A DNA stretch of 64,000 nt from an uncultured Chloroflexia bacterium. Lineage in GTDB: Bacteria > Chloroflexota > Limnocylindria > Limnocylindrales > CSP1-4. The translations under genes were made by a program, and so were the position numbers. The stretch is taken from positions 473,725-537,724 of the forward strand of contig CAVYUR010000006.1 of the NCBI GenBank assembly GCA_963771795.1. Reading direction: 5' to 3'. The notes beneath the pieces were generated by a model. The model was not told where the DNA came from. It did not search any database and saw nothing but the letters and a program-made list of their open reading frames with translations. Positions 49,275-59,150 of the stretch are shown here, one piece after another; position 1 is the first letter of the stretch; each line of letters opens with the position of its first letter.

Positions 49275-51014
49275 TCACCGGTCGTTCGCGAGGCGCCATG
49301 TTAGCACGTCCCAGAAACGATCCGAGGGGTCGCCGACTGGCTGGACGACGACCTCCTGGACGTCATTTCGTGCGACAACGACCTCGTCGGCGAAGGCCAG
49401 CGGCAGCAGGTACTGCCCGGCGGTCAGCTGCTTCTGGAGGGCGACATAGGCCGCCTTGCGGGCCGTGGCATCGCCCGGCTTTCGAGCGGTCGCGAGCAGC
49501 GCGTCGAGGGTCGGGTCCTGGAGCCCGATGAGGTTCAGGCCGCCGGCCCTGGTCTGGCTCGACGCCAGCAACGGATAGAGGTCGGGATCGAGCCCGATCG
49601 AGATGTCGAGGACCGCGGCGGTGAATTTGCCCTCCCGGAGACGATCCGTCAGCGAGGCGCCGGGATCGAGCTCGACCAGCTGGACCGTGAAGCCGAGGGC
49701 ATCCCAGTCGGCGGCGACGCGCTCCGCGACGGCGTGGAGCGTCGGGTTGACGTCGGCGTTGGGGCTGAGCAGCTCGATCGAATACGGCTTCGTCGCCTTG
49801 GACGGCCGCCATCGGCCGTCGACCTGGGTCCAGCCGGCCTTCTTGAGGGCTGCGGCCGCGGCCTTCGCGTCGTGGGCGACCGCCGGACTAGACGTTCGGT
49901 CGAACGCCCATGACGTCGGCGGAATCGGCGAGTCCGCCTGCGTCGCCATCCTGTCGAAGACGCCGTCCACGATCGCCGATCGGTCGAGCGCCGCGAGCAG
50001 TGCGGAGCGGACCGCCACGTCGCGGAGCTCGGGGTGACCCAGCCGCAGGTTGAGGAGGACCGTGGTGAGTGTGGTCCCGGGTGAGCGAAGCGCGCGTGCG
50101 CCGTCCGCATCCCGGAGCAGGTCGGCCGCCTGGGTCGGCGACATGCCGGACGCCACGTCGATCTCGCCTGCTTCGAAGGCACGCTTGAGCGCGGTCGCAT
50201 CGTCGAAGTAGTGGAACTCGAGCCGACCCAGACGCGGTTCGGCGATCGCCGGCCGCTTCGTCGGCGCCGCCGTTGCGAGGGCATCCGACGGCGGACCCGC
50301 GGAACCGGGAGCAGGCGATCCTTCTCCGCTTGGCGCGAGCACCTTGGCGGCGGGCTCCAGGATCGCGTGACCATCGTCGAGCTCGAGGATCACGAACGAT
50401 GCCGAGCCGACGGGTGCGCGCCCGAACTCGTCGCTGGCAAGCTCCTCGATCGGAACGCCTTCGAGTAGGTGGGCCGGTGCGATCGGCTGGGTGGCGAGCT
50501 GGAGGAACCCACCCAGGGCCGTCGTGAGGTCGAACCGGACGGTTCGCGGATCGACGGCGGTCGCGGTGACCTCGCGCCACGAACCGGAGCCGGGACCCTT
50601 GTAGGTGGGGTCTCGGAGCACATCGATCGTGAAGACCACGTCACGGGCGGTCAAGGCCTGGCCGTCATGCCAGCGAGCGTCCGGCCGCAGCGTGAACGTC
50701 CATGTCTTGCCCGTGGCGTCGGTCGTCCAGCGACTCGCTAGATCCGGGATCAGCATGTTGTCGGGACCCAGCTTGACAAGGGCCGAGAACGTCAGCGCGA
50801 CGAGATCCCGGTCGACCTGTGTGCGGGCGCCCAGCGGGTTCACCGAGACGGGACGGCCGATCGTCCCCTCGCGATACGGAACCGCCGGCTCCATGCTCGG
50901 GCTCGCCGACGGCGCCACCGACGAGGGCATGACCGCGGGAACCCCGATCGCGACCGCGATCACGGCGAGGACAAGGACGAGGCCGCCGATGACGGCGTGG
51001 TCGATGCGGTTCAT
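49275..51014 (-). CDS. ABC transporter substrate-binding protein, family 5 (oligopeptide/dipeptide/nickel type)
   Basis: 579 aa from internal ATG at 51014. N-terminal signal anchor (MNRIDHAVIGGLVLVLAVIAVAIGV). SBP_bac_5 core (GKTWTFTLRPDARWHDGQALTARDVVFTIDVLRDPTY...). No permease or ATPase genes adjacent (orphan). Confidence 0.8.
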   Translation of the reverse strand: MNRIDHAVIGGLVLVLAVIAVAIGVPAVMPSSVAPSASPSMEPAVPYREGTIGRPVSVNPLGARTQVDRDLVALTFSALVKLGPDNMLIPDLASRWTTDATGKTWTFTLRPDARWHDGQALTARDVVFTIDVLRDPTYKGPGSGSWREVTATAVDPRTVRFDLTTALGGFLQLATQPIAPAHLLEGVPIEELASDEFGRAPVGSASFVILELDDGHAILEPAAKVLAPSGEGSPAPGSAGPPSDALATAAPTKRPAIAEPRLGRLEFHYFDDATALKRAFEAGEIDVASGMSPTQAADLLRDADGARALRSPGTTLTTVLLNLRLGHPELRDVAVRSALLAALDRSAIVDGVFDRMATQADSPIPPTSWAFDRTSSPAVAHDAKAAAAALKKAGWTQVDGRWRPSKATKPYSIELLSPNADVNPTLHAVAERVAADWDALGFTVQLVELDPGASLTDRLREGKFTAAVLDISIGLDPDLYPLLASSQTRAGGLNLIGLQDPTLDALLATARKPGDATARKAAYVALQKQLTAGQYLLPLAFADEVVVARNDVQEVVVQPVGDPSDRFWDVLTWRLANDR

Positions 51015-51066
51015 GGATCTCGCTGCGGCCGGTCCGGTCGCGACCGGCGACGGACCGGAGACGGTC

Positions 51067-51297
51067 TCAGATGCTCGGCTCGCCGAAGATGAACGAGGCG
51101 AGGGAGAAGAGCACGAACAGGACGAGCAGGATGATCGTGAACTGCCACAGTCGCCGCTCCACGCCGCGCCGGCTGCGGTAGACGGCGGAGTCCCCACCGA
51201 ACGTGCCCGACAGGCCGGTACCCCGCGCCTGCAACAGGACGGCGGCGATCAGGGCAATGCTGACGATGATCTGGCCGATCGCCAGAAACGGATCCAC
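51067..51297 (-). CDS. secG: preprotein translocase subunit SecG
   Basis: 76 aa with two TM helices and the LLQ..G.GLSG.FGG motif. Downstream of tpiA-gpmI as in the Gram-positive glycolytic cluster. Confidence 0.8.
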   Translation of the reverse strand: MDPFLAIGQIIVSIALIAAVLLQARGTGLSGTFGGDSAVYRSRRGVERRLWQFTIILLVLFVLFSLASFIFGEPSI

Positions 51298-51334
51298 GCG
51301 AAAGGACCTCCAGACGGTACGGCGGTGGATGGTA

Positions 51335-52978
51335 TCACGGTTCGGACGGCTCCCCGGACGTGGACGGCACGACTGCTGCCGGGAGCGCCACGGAGCCCAG
51401 GAGCGACGTCCCGGTCATCCCGTCCCAGCGCGCCAGACCGGCCAGCTCGACGATCGTCGGGGCGACGTCGGCGAGGACCCCGTCATGGAGCCCGCGGCCC
51501 TCCACCGCTCGCCCGACGGCGACGATCGGAACCGGATTGAGCGAGTGGGCCGTCACGGGGCGCCCCTCGGCATCGCGCATCTCCTCGGCATTGCCGTGGT
51601 CGGCCGTAACGATGAGGAGCGAGCCGGGTCCCGCCGGATCCGATGCATCGAGTCGCTCGACGGCGGCGGCGATTCTCGCGATGCAGCGATCGATCGTGAC
51701 CAGGCCGGCGACCGTCGCGTCCCAGACGCCCGTGTGGCCGACCATGTCCGGGTTCGCGAAGTTCGCGACGATGAAGTCGTACGTGTTCGACTCGATCGCC
51801 CGGACGAGCGCGTCCGCGACGCCGTTTGCGCTCATCGCCGGGGCGAGGTCGTACGTCGCCACCTTCGGGCTTGGGATGAGCTCGCGGTCCTCGCCCGGTA
51901 GCGGAGCCTCGCGGCCGCCGTTGAAGAAGTACGTCACGTGGGCGTACTTCTCCGTCTCCGCCACGTGGAACTGGCGCCAACCCGCATCGGAAACGGCATG
52001 GGCGAGCGACCGGACCTCCTCCGGCGGAAAGGCCACCTCGACCGGCAGACCGGCTTCGTAATCGGTCATCGTCACGACGAACAGGTCGAGCGGGCGCGGT
52101 GCGACGCGCTCCCGATCGAACGCGTCGAACGTCTCGTCGACGAGTGCGTGGGTCAGCTGGCGGGCACGATCCGCGCGGAAGTTCGCGACGATGATCGGAT
52201 CGCTGTCGCGGACCCGTCCGTCCACGCCTTCGATGACGGTCGGCAGCACGAACTCGTCGTTCTCGTCACGCGCGTACGCGCGCTCGATGGCCTCGATCGC
52301 CGAGTTGGCCCGCTCCCCCACCCCGTGGACGATCGCTTCGTAGCCGAGCGCGGTCCGTTCCCAGCGCTTGTCGCGGTCCATCGCGTAGTAGCGGCCGCCG
52401 ATCGTGGCAATTCGCGCGTCCGGATGGGCCTCGGCGAGCCGGCGCTCCAGATCCTCGACGAACCCGATGGCCGAGCGGGGCGGCGTGTCGCGTCCGTCGA
52501 GCAGCGCATGGAGACGAAAGGACGGAACGCCCCGCCGCGCAGCCAGCTCGGCGATCGCAACCAGATGCCGGTCGTTGGCGTGGACGCCGCCGGGGCCGAC
52601 CAAGCTGATCACGTGTAGCCCGCCGTTCGCCGCCGTTGCCCGATCGCACGCGGCGACGAGGGCCGGCCGCAGGAAGAACGAGCCGTCGGCGATCGCCGCG
52701 TCGATCCGCGGCAGGTCCTGCAGCACCGGCCTCCCCGCGCCGAGATTCAGATGGCCGACCTCGGAGTTGCCCATCTGGCCCGGGGGCAGCCCCACGGCAT
52801 CCTCCGAGGCCCGCAGGCGCGCGTGAGGCCAGCGAGCGAGCAGCCCGTGCCAGGCCGGCATCGGCGCGGCGGCGATCGCATCGACAGCCGGATTTCGCCC
52901 GATCCCGAAGCCGTCGAGGATCACGAGGACGATCGGCCTCGGCCTGGCCGGCGGCATCCGTGACGTCGCGTCGGTCAC
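51335..52978 (-). CDS. gpmI: 2,3-bisphosphoglycerate-independent phosphoglycerate mutase
   Basis: 547 aa. IVLVILDGFGIG, MGNSEVGHLNLGAGR, VVTADHGNAE-type metal-binding motifs. Confidence 0.9.
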   Translation of the reverse strand: MTDATSRMPPARPRPIVLVILDGFGIGRNPAVDAIAAAPMPAWHGLLARWPHARLRASEDAVGLPPGQMGNSEVGHLNLGAGRPVLQDLPRIDAAIADGSFFLRPALVAACDRATAANGGLHVISLVGPGGVHANDRHLVAIAELAARRGVPSFRLHALLDGRDTPPRSAIGFVEDLERRLAEAHPDARIATIGGRYYAMDRDKRWERTALGYEAIVHGVGERANSAIEAIERAYARDENDEFVLPTVIEGVDGRVRDSDPIIVANFRADRARQLTHALVDETFDAFDRERVAPRPLDLFVVTMTDYEAGLPVEVAFPPEEVRSLAHAVSDAGWRQFHVAETEKYAHVTYFFNGGREAPLPGEDRELIPSPKVATYDLAPAMSANGVADALVRAIESNTYDFIVANFANPDMVGHTGVWDATVAGLVTIDRCIARIAAAVERLDASDPAGPGSLLIVTADHGNAEEMRDAEGRPVTAHSLNPVPIVAVGRAVEGRGLHDGVLADVAPTIVELAGLARWDGMTGTSLLGSVALPAAVVPSTSGEPSEP

Positions 52979-53002
52979 GATGCCTCGGTCACGAGGCGTC
53001 TG

Positions 53003-53815
53003 TCACGAGGCGCTCTCGGCGCGGCGGGCGTCGGCCGTGAGCCCAGCCCGGCCGACGATCCCGGCCATCTCGTCGGGCTTCAGCGAGGCACCTCCGACAA
53101 GGGCGCCGTCGATCGATGGCTCGGCGAGGAACTCGGCGATGTTCGCGGCGGTGACGCTGCCGCCGTAGAGGACGGGCAGGTCGCCGGCGGCGGCCGCGTC
53201 CCATCCGGCCGCTTCGACGGCGCTCCGGATCGCTGCCGCCATCGCCGCGGCATCCGCGCCACGAGCGTTCCGGCCGGTCCCTATCGCCCAGACCGGCTCG
53301 TACGCGATGACGAGGCCTGCGTCACGGAGGGCGGCGGGATCGTGACCGTCGAGCGCCCCGGACAGCTGCGTCGCGACGACCGGCTCGGCGTCTCCCGCCT
53401 CGCGCTCGGCGAGCTGCTCGCCGACGCAGAGGATCGGTCGGAGCCCCGCCTCGACGGCCCGGCGGAGCTTGCCGGAGATCCGAGCGTCGGTCTCGCCGTG
53501 GTCACGACGGCGCTCGCTGTGGCCGACGATGACCCAGCTCACGAGCCCGGCGAGCATCGCCGCGCTGATGTCACCCGTATAGGCGCCGGCCAGCTCATGA
53601 TGGACGTCCTGGGCGCCGACGGCGACGTCCTCGCCGGCCCCCGCGAGCGCATCGCGGACGGCGGCCAGGCAGACGAACGGCGGACAGATGACGCGCACGA
53701 CGCCCGTCTCCCGCGTCCGTCCGGCGATCGTCAGCGCCAGGTCACCGGCGTCGGCACGTGTCGTGTTCATCTTCCAGTTGGCAGCAATGATCACGGGACG
53801 CATCGTCCGGATCAT
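53003..53815 (-). CDS. tpiA: triosephosphate isomerase
   Basis: PVIIAANWKMN, VIVGHSERR, AYEPVWAIGTG, YGGSV motifs. Start probably the internal ATG at 53803. Confidence 0.9.
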   Translation of the reverse strand: MIRTMRPVIIAANWKMNTTRADAGDLALTIAGRTRETGVVRVICPPFVCLAAVRDALAGAGEDVAVGAQDVHHELAGAYTGDISAAMLAGLVSWVIVGHSERRRDHGETDARISGKLRRAVEAGLRPILCVGEQLAEREAGDAEPVVATQLSGALDGHDPAALRDAGLVIAYEPVWAIGTGRNARGADAAAMAAAIRSAVEAAGWDAAAAGDLPVLYGGSVTAANIAEFLAEPSIDGALVGGASLKPDEMAGIVGRAGLTADARRAESAS

Positions 53816-54681
53816 GCCAGAGCGCGGTGCCGCGGGCTCCGTCGCCCGCGTCGACGCGCTTGTGCCGGTCCCTTACGGCGCCCGACAGCCTCGTCGGGAT
53901 GGAGCACGAGCCGTTCGACGCGCTCGAGCGCGCGCTGGACGGCCGAGCGGTGGAGCCCCAGCCGCTCGGCGAGCTCGGCGAGCGTTGCTTCCGGCGTCTC
54001 CCGCCGTGCTTCGGCCACGAGCCGGACGACGTATGGCTGCTCGGCGAGGCGGCCATCACCCTCGAGCTCGCCGATCGCCGCGATCTGCCGGCCAGCCGCG
54101 CCGACGGCTCGATGGAGGTTCGCCGATTCGGCGTTGAGGACCCGGTTCAGGTCGCCTCGCAGCGCGCGCGAGACCTGGCGAGCCTCGAGCTCGAGGAGCG
54201 CCCCGCCCGCCCCGATGCGCCGCAGGAACAGTTCGATGATGTCGCCGCTCTTCCAGGTGACGACGCCACGGCCGCGCCGGAGTCGCCACGACGCCGGGAG
54301 TTCGAGGTCGCCGAGCTGTTCGGCCAGTCCCGGCGCCTCGTCGGCGTCGACGACGAATTCGAGATGGGTACGCCCGCTCGCGAGGCTCAGCGAGCCGCGG
54401 GCGAGGAACAGGCCGCGCAGGTACGCCAGCCGGCAGTGCTCGGCCGCCGATTGCCAGTCGAAGGCAGCCTCCTGACCGCCCGACGGCCCGGCCGAGGCGC
54501 CACGACCGCGAACGCGGACCCGGTCCAGGCGGATCGCCAGCCGGGCCACCGGTCCCTCGCGACTGGGCGACGCGGCCCCGAGCCCCGCGGCCTCCGCCCG
54601 CCGATCGCAGGACCGTGAAGGGTCGATCGCCGCCAGCTCGGCCCGCAGCGCGCTGACGAGATCGCGTTCGGAGCGGCTCAC
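53812..54681 (-). CDS. whiA: probable cell-division/sporulation regulator WhiA
   Basis: 289 aa. N-terminal RAELAAI...SRSCDRRAEAAGL. C-terminal HTH (ATLAELAERLGLHRSAVQRALERVERL). Position after rapZ-yvcK is the conserved Gram-positive arrangement. Weak N-terminal domain similarity lowers confidence. Confidence 0.7.
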   Translation of the reverse strand: MSRSERDLVSALRAELAAIDPSRSCDRRAEAAGLGAASPSREGPVARLAIRLDRVRVRGRGASAGPSGGQEAAFDWQSAAEHCRLAYLRGLFLARGSLSLASGRTHLEFVVDADEAPGLAEQLGDLELPASWRLRRGRGVVTWKSGDIIELFLRRIGAGGALLELEARQVSRALRGDLNRVLNAESANLHRAVGAAGRQIAAIGELEGDGRLAEQPYVVRLVAEARRETPEATLAELAERLGLHRSAVQRALERVERLVLHPDEAVGRRKGPAQARRRGRRSPRHRALA

Positions 54682-54682
54682 C

Positions 54683-56035
54683 TCAGGCGGTCCGCGCGAC
54701 GCCCGAGCGCCGACGGAGCGCGCTCTCGCGCTCGTAGAGCTTGAGGACCGACGTGGCGAGGTGGCCGGGGTCGTGGTGGTGGCCGTTGTCCGGGTCGACG
54801 ACGTCGTCGAGGATCAGCCTCGGGGGCGTCGTCATCGATGGCGGCCAGCGGAGTCGGACGGGCTCGGCCGGGTAGTCGTCAGGAACCCGCGCGCCGAAGT
54901 GGTTGTTGGCGAGCACGGCGTCGACGATCCCGCCGCCGGCGTGGTTCACGAGCGCATCGACGTGCGCCGCCAGGTCGAATCCGGTCGTCTCACCCTGCTG
55001 CGTCGCGACGTTGCAGACGTAGACCCGGACCGCCGGGGAGGCCGCGATTGCGTCGCGAATCTCGGGCATCATCAGGCTCGGGAGCAGGCTCGTGTAGAGG
55101 CTGCCCGGCCCGATGACGATCAGCTCCGCTTCGGCGATGGCCGCCAGTGCGTCCTCGGCGGCCCGGACGTCGCTCGGCGTCACCCAGGCTCTCACGATGG
55201 CCGACGCGCCGGCAATCCGCGACTGGCCATCGATGACGGTCCCGTCCGCCAGCTCCGCGTGGAGCGTGAGCGGCGTGGCCGTCGCCGGCAGGACCTGGCC
55301 GCGGACGGCCAGGACGCGGTTCATCTGTCGGACGCCCTCCTCGAAGTCGCCGCCCTCGACGGCTGTCATCGCCGCGATCAGGAGATTGCCGACGGCGTGG
55401 CCCCCGAGCGAGCCGCCGGCCTCGGGGGCCGGGTCCGACGCACGACCGGGGAACCGGTACTGGAGGAGCTCGCTCATGAGCGGCTCGGCGTCGGCGAGGG
55501 CCGCGATGCAGCGACGGATGTCACCGACCGGCGGGATCCCGAGCTCCTCGCGCAGGACGCCCGATGAGCCACCGTCGTCGGCAACCGCGACGACCGCCGT
55601 CAGGTTGCTCGTGTGCTCCTTGAGGCCGCGGAGCAGCGTCGAGAGGCCCGTCCCGCCCCCGATCGCCACGATCCGCGGGCCACGGGCGAGGAACCGCTTC
55701 TGGTAGATGAGCTCGACGAGCGGTCCGCCCTCGGCCGATCGGAACGGATCGGTCAGGGCCCTCGCCGCGCGATACGCCCCGAGCACGACGAGGGCGAGAC
55801 CCGCGGCTCCGACCACGAGGCCGCGGAGCGGATACGGCAGGAACTGGAGGGTGACCGCATCGAGCACGACCTGGGCGACGCCGCCGGGGTTCAGATCGCG
55901 GCTCGCCTGGCGGATCAGATGCGCGGCACCGAGCGCCAGGAACAGGAGGCCGGCGAAGAGGACGACCAGCCAGCGCTTGACGCCGATGCCGGGCGTCAGC
56001 CAGCGGCGCAGGTTGTGGCCGCCCAATTGGCTCAT
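54683..56035 (-). CDS. yvcK: YvcK/CofD-like gluconeogenesis-factor family protein (UPF0052) with N-terminal TM extension
   Basis: 450 aa. IVAIGGGTGLSTLLRGLKEHTSNLTAVVAVADDGGSSGVLR is the family signature. Preceded by two predicted TM helices. Confidence 0.85.
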   Translation of the reverse strand: MSQLGGHNLRRWLTPGIGVKRWLVVLFAGLLFLALGAAHLIRQASRDLNPGGVAQVVLDAVTLQFLPYPLRGLVVGAAGLALVVLGAYRAARALTDPFRSAEGGPLVELIYQKRFLARGPRIVAIGGGTGLSTLLRGLKEHTSNLTAVVAVADDGGSSGVLREELGIPPVGDIRRCIAALADAEPLMSELLQYRFPGRASDPAPEAGGSLGGHAVGNLLIAAMTAVEGGDFEEGVRQMNRVLAVRGQVLPATATPLTLHAELADGTVIDGQSRIAGASAIVRAWVTPSDVRAAEDALAAIAEAELIVIGPGSLYTSLLPSLMMPEIRDAIAASPAVRVYVCNVATQQGETTGFDLAAHVDALVNHAGGGIVDAVLANNHFGARVPDDYPAEPVRLRWPPSMTTPPRLILDDVVDPDNGHHHDPGHLATSVLKLYERESALRRRSGVARTA

Positions 56036-56038
56036 GGG

Positions 56039-56998
56039 TCAGGCACGCTCGAGCTCGCGGTGGAAGACCGCGACCGAGCCGATGTCCTCCTCGCGCAACC
56101 ACTTGGCGAGCTCCTCGGCCAGGGCGATCGAGCGGTGGTAACCACCCGTGCAACCCAGGGCGATTGTCAGCCTCGACTTGCCCTCGCCGACATAGGCCGG
56201 GACCGCGAACGAGAGGAACTCGCGGAGGTAGCGGAGGAACTCGACGGCGACCGGCTGGCTGAGGACGTAGTCGCGAACCGACTCCGTCAGGCCCGATAGC
56301 TGGCGCAAACCGTCGACGTAATAGGGGTTCTGCATGAACCGTACGTCGAACACGAGGTCCGCCTCGAGCGGGACGCCGTACTTGAAGCCGAAGCTGATGA
56401 GCTGGATCGCGAGCCGGTCGGGGTCGGTCGCGTCGCCCAGCCTGGCGAAGATCCGCTCACGCAGCTCCCGCAACGAGAGATCGGAGGTGTCGATGACGAC
56501 ATCCGCCTCGCTCCGGACGGCATCGAGCATCCGCCGTTCCTCGACGATCGAGCTCGCGATGCCGCGCTGGTCCGCCAGCGGATGCCGATGGCGCGTCTCC
56601 GAGAAGCGTCGGATCAGCACCTCGTCGCGCGCCTCGAGGAAGAACACCTGGGGTCGGATTCCGCGGCCCTCGAGCGCTCCGCGCATCGCACCAAGCGCTA
56701 CGGGCGCATTCCCTGCGCGGACGTCGAGGACGATGGCGACCTTGTCGAACCGCTCGCGATCATCCGAGACGAGCTCCGCCAGGTCAGGGAGGAGCTCGCC
56801 GGGCATGTTGTCCACGACCGTGTAGCCGAGGTCCTCGAACAGCTTGGCGGCGGCCGTCTTGCCTCCGCCGGACAGGCCGGTGACGATCGCGACGTGTTGA
56901 TCCGACGCGGGTTCCGACGGTGGGAACGAATCCGCGTCGACCTCGGCCTCGTCGAGCGAACCGGGATCGTCGTCGGGTGACCGTCGGGCGGTGGCCAT
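56039..56998 (-). CDS. rapZ: RNase adapter protein RapZ (YvcJ, P-loop NTPase)
   Basis: 319 aa. Walker A GLSGGGKTAAAKL. C-terminal GCTGGYHRS motif. Confidence 0.85.
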   Translation of the reverse strand: MATARRSPDDDPGSLDEAEVDADSFPPSEPASDQHVAIVTGLSGGGKTAAAKLFEDLGYTVVDNMPGELLPDLAELVSDDRERFDKVAIVLDVRAGNAPVALGAMRGALEGRGIRPQVFFLEARDEVLIRRFSETRHRHPLADQRGIASSIVEERRMLDAVRSEADVVIDTSDLSLRELRERIFARLGDATDPDRLAIQLISFGFKYGVPLEADLVFDVRFMQNPYYVDGLRQLSGLTESVRDYVLSQPVAVEFLRYLREFLSFAVPAYVGEGKSRLTIALGCTGGYHRSIALAEELAKWLREEDIGSVAVFHRELERA

Positions 56999-57023
56999 GA
57001 CGGTCAGTCTACCGCCGGGTCGA

Positions 57024-57803
57024 TCACCGACCGGAGCGTGAAATGAAGGCGAGCGTCAGCTCGAACAGGGCATACATCGTCAAGCTAAGGACCGCCGGGC
57101 TGACGAGATCACCGCCGGGCGTCGCCACCGCCGAGAAGATCACGATGCCGAGGATCACGTAGCGGCGGGCGGCCTTCAGTCGATCGGACGTCACGATCTT
57201 GACCTTGGACAGGGCCACGAGGAGGATCGGGAACTCCATGACGATCCCGAATCCAAGGAACAGGGTCGTCACGAAGTCGAAATAGGGCCCGGCTGCGAGC
57301 TGGTTGACGAAGGTGTCGTCCGCGAAGCCAAGGAGGAACGCCATCGCGTAGGGCAGGACGAGATAGGCGATCCCGACCCCGCCGGCGAAGAACACGAGCG
57401 CGAGCGGGATCCAGGGGCGGATGCCTCGTCGCTCCGCGGGGGTCAGGCCGGGAGCAATGAAGGCCCAGAGCTGGTAGAGAAGCACCGGCATCGCCAGGAC
57501 GACGCCGGTCACGATCGACACGCGAAGAGTGATCGCGAATGCATCCCCCGGACCGAGATTGAGGAGCTGCCCGCCGGCCGGCTTTGCGAGCACCGCGATG
57601 ATTGCGCCCGAGTTGATGCCGCCGACGACGCTTCCTACGGCAATCGCGAGGATCGACTTGAAGAGCCGGCTTCGCAGCTCTCCGAGGTGGTCGACGAGCG
57701 ACATGACCTTCTCGCCCTCGGGCGAGGTCGCACCGGGACCGGGAGTCGGCGATTGGAGACCGCCTGGGCCGCCGCCCTCACGGAGCGCGTCGGCGTCGGT
57801 CAT
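57024..57803 (-). CDS. tatC: Sec-independent protein translocase TatC
   Basis: Six TM helices with a conserved TatC start (MSLVDHLGELRSRL). Real start may be the internal ATG at about 57704. Confidence 0.85.
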   Translation of the reverse strand: MTDADALREGGGPGGLQSPTPGPGATSPEGEKVMSLVDHLGELRSRLFKSILAIAVGSVVGGINSGAIIAVLAKPAGGQLLNLGPGDAFAITLRVSIVTGVVLAMPVLLYQLWAFIAPGLTPAERRGIRPWIPLALVFFAGGVGIAYLVLPYAMAFLLGFADDTFVNQLAAGPYFDFVTTLFLGFGIVMEFPILLVALSKVKIVTSDRLKAARRYVILGIVIFSAVATPGGDLVSPAVLSLTMYALFELTLAFISRSGR

Positions 57804-57824
57804 GTCAGCGAAACGGCCGACAGT

Positions 57825-58157
57825 CTAGCGAGACTCTGTCGTGGCTTCGGTCGACGCGGGCTGGCTTGCGGTGGCCGGTGCCGACGGAATGTCGGACGCC
57901 GACGGTTGCGGGGCGGCCGGAGCCGCCGGGGCGGCCGGGGCCTGCGCGAGCACATTCGGGGTCGCCGCTGTTGACGTCGCATTCGGGAGCGGCGAGGTGT
58001 CGACCTTCACCGCTTCCTGTACGTCGGACGAGGCCTTGCGGAACTCCCGGATGCTCTTGCCGACCGCCGAGGCGACATCAGGCAGTTTCCCGGGGCCGAG
58101 GATCAGCAGCGCGATAACCAGGATGACGATCCATTCGAATCCGGACGGGAGAGGCAT
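57825..58157 (-). CDS. tatA: Sec-independent protein translocase TatA/E
   Basis: 110 aa. N-terminal TM plus amphipathic helix (GFEWIVILVIALLILGPGKLPDVASAVGKSIREFRKA), then Ala/Pro-rich tail. Confidence 0.8.
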   Translation of the reverse strand: MPLPSGFEWIVILVIALLILGPGKLPDVASAVGKSIREFRKASSDVQEAVKVDTSPLPNATSTAATPNVLAQAPAAPAAPAAPQPSASDIPSAPATASQPASTEATTESR

Positions 58158-58226
58158 GATGAAGTGCTCCAGGAGCGATGGAAAGCGATCAAATGTTCGG
58201 CTGGCGAGCGTGCCGTTGCTCGGCGG

Positions 58227-59150
58227 CTAGGGTAGCACAGGGAGTCGTCCAGCCCAGTCGCCGGCGGCCCTGGCGATGGCCTCGCCGATGTCACCGCTGG
58301 TGCCGGGTGGAGCGGCGCCGGCGATTCCCCGCGACACGTTGACCAAGAGGCCACCACCCGCTCGGCCACCTGCTGGCGCGGTCGTGGCCCGGCCATGCTC
58401 GAGGGTTGGCGCCACCTCGCCACCCTGCGCTCCGACGCCCGGCACCAGGAAGGCGAGTCCGGGAGCGATCGCCCGTATCTCGGCAAGGTCGATCGGCGCG
58501 GTCGCACCGACAACCAGTCCGACGGTCCCGCCGGGCCCCCACTCGACGGCCCGACGCGCGACTCTGGCGTACAGCGGCTCCTCTGGCGCTGCGGCCACAC
58601 CCTCATCGCCTGCCGCTGCCGCCACGACGAGCGACTGGAGCTCGGCTGCCCCCGGGTTCGACGTCCGGCACAGGACGTAGGCGAACCGATCGAGTCGCTC
58701 GAGAAGCGGTGCGACGGCCTCGCTGCCGAGATAGGGGCTGACCGTGACGGCGTCCGCTCCCAGCGCGTCGAAGAGGGCGGTCGCCTGGCGCGCCGCCGTC
58801 GACCCGATGTCCCCTCGCTTCGCGTCCATGATCACCGGCACGTCGCCCGGAACAGCGGCTCGCAGCCGTTCGAGAGCGGCCAGGCCAGGCGATCCGTACG
58901 CCTCGAAGAACGCAAGGTTCGGCTTGACCGCGGCGGCGAACGGAACGGCCGCCTCCAGCACGAGCCGGGCGAAGCGCTCGATCCCGGCGAGATCCGGGCT
59001 GAAGCCGTCAGGCAGACTCGCGGGATCCGGATCGAGTCCGAGACACAGGACCGTCCCGACGGCGGCTGAACGCCTGGACAAGCGCTCGAGATACGAGCCA
59101 GCGTCTCGAGTGCCGCCGTGCGGCCTCGCCGTCGCTGGCTCCACGGTCAC
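58227..59150 (-). CDS. pyrF: orotidine 5'-phosphate decarboxylase (type 2)
   Basis: About 307 aa from GTG at 59150 (GTGA overlap with upstream stop). LCLGLDPDP, KPNLAFFEAYG, DAKRGDIGST, LVPGVGAQGG motifs. The 756-aa track ORF is a read-through artefact. Confidence 0.8.
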   Translation of the reverse strand: MTVEPATARPHGGTRDAGSYLERLSRRSAAVGTVLCLGLDPDPASLPDGFSPDLAGIERFARLVLEAAVPFAAAVKPNLAFFEAYGSPGLAALERLRAAVPGDVPVIMDAKRGDIGSTAARQATALFDALGADAVTVSPYLGSEAVAPLLERLDRFAYVLCRTSNPGAAELQSLVVAAAAGDEGVAAAPEEPLYARVARRAVEWGPGGTVGLVVGATAPIDLAEIRAIAPGLAFLVPGVGAQGGEVAPTLEHGRATTAPAGGRAGGGLLVNVSRGIAGAAPPGTSGDIGEAIARAAGDWAGRLPVLP

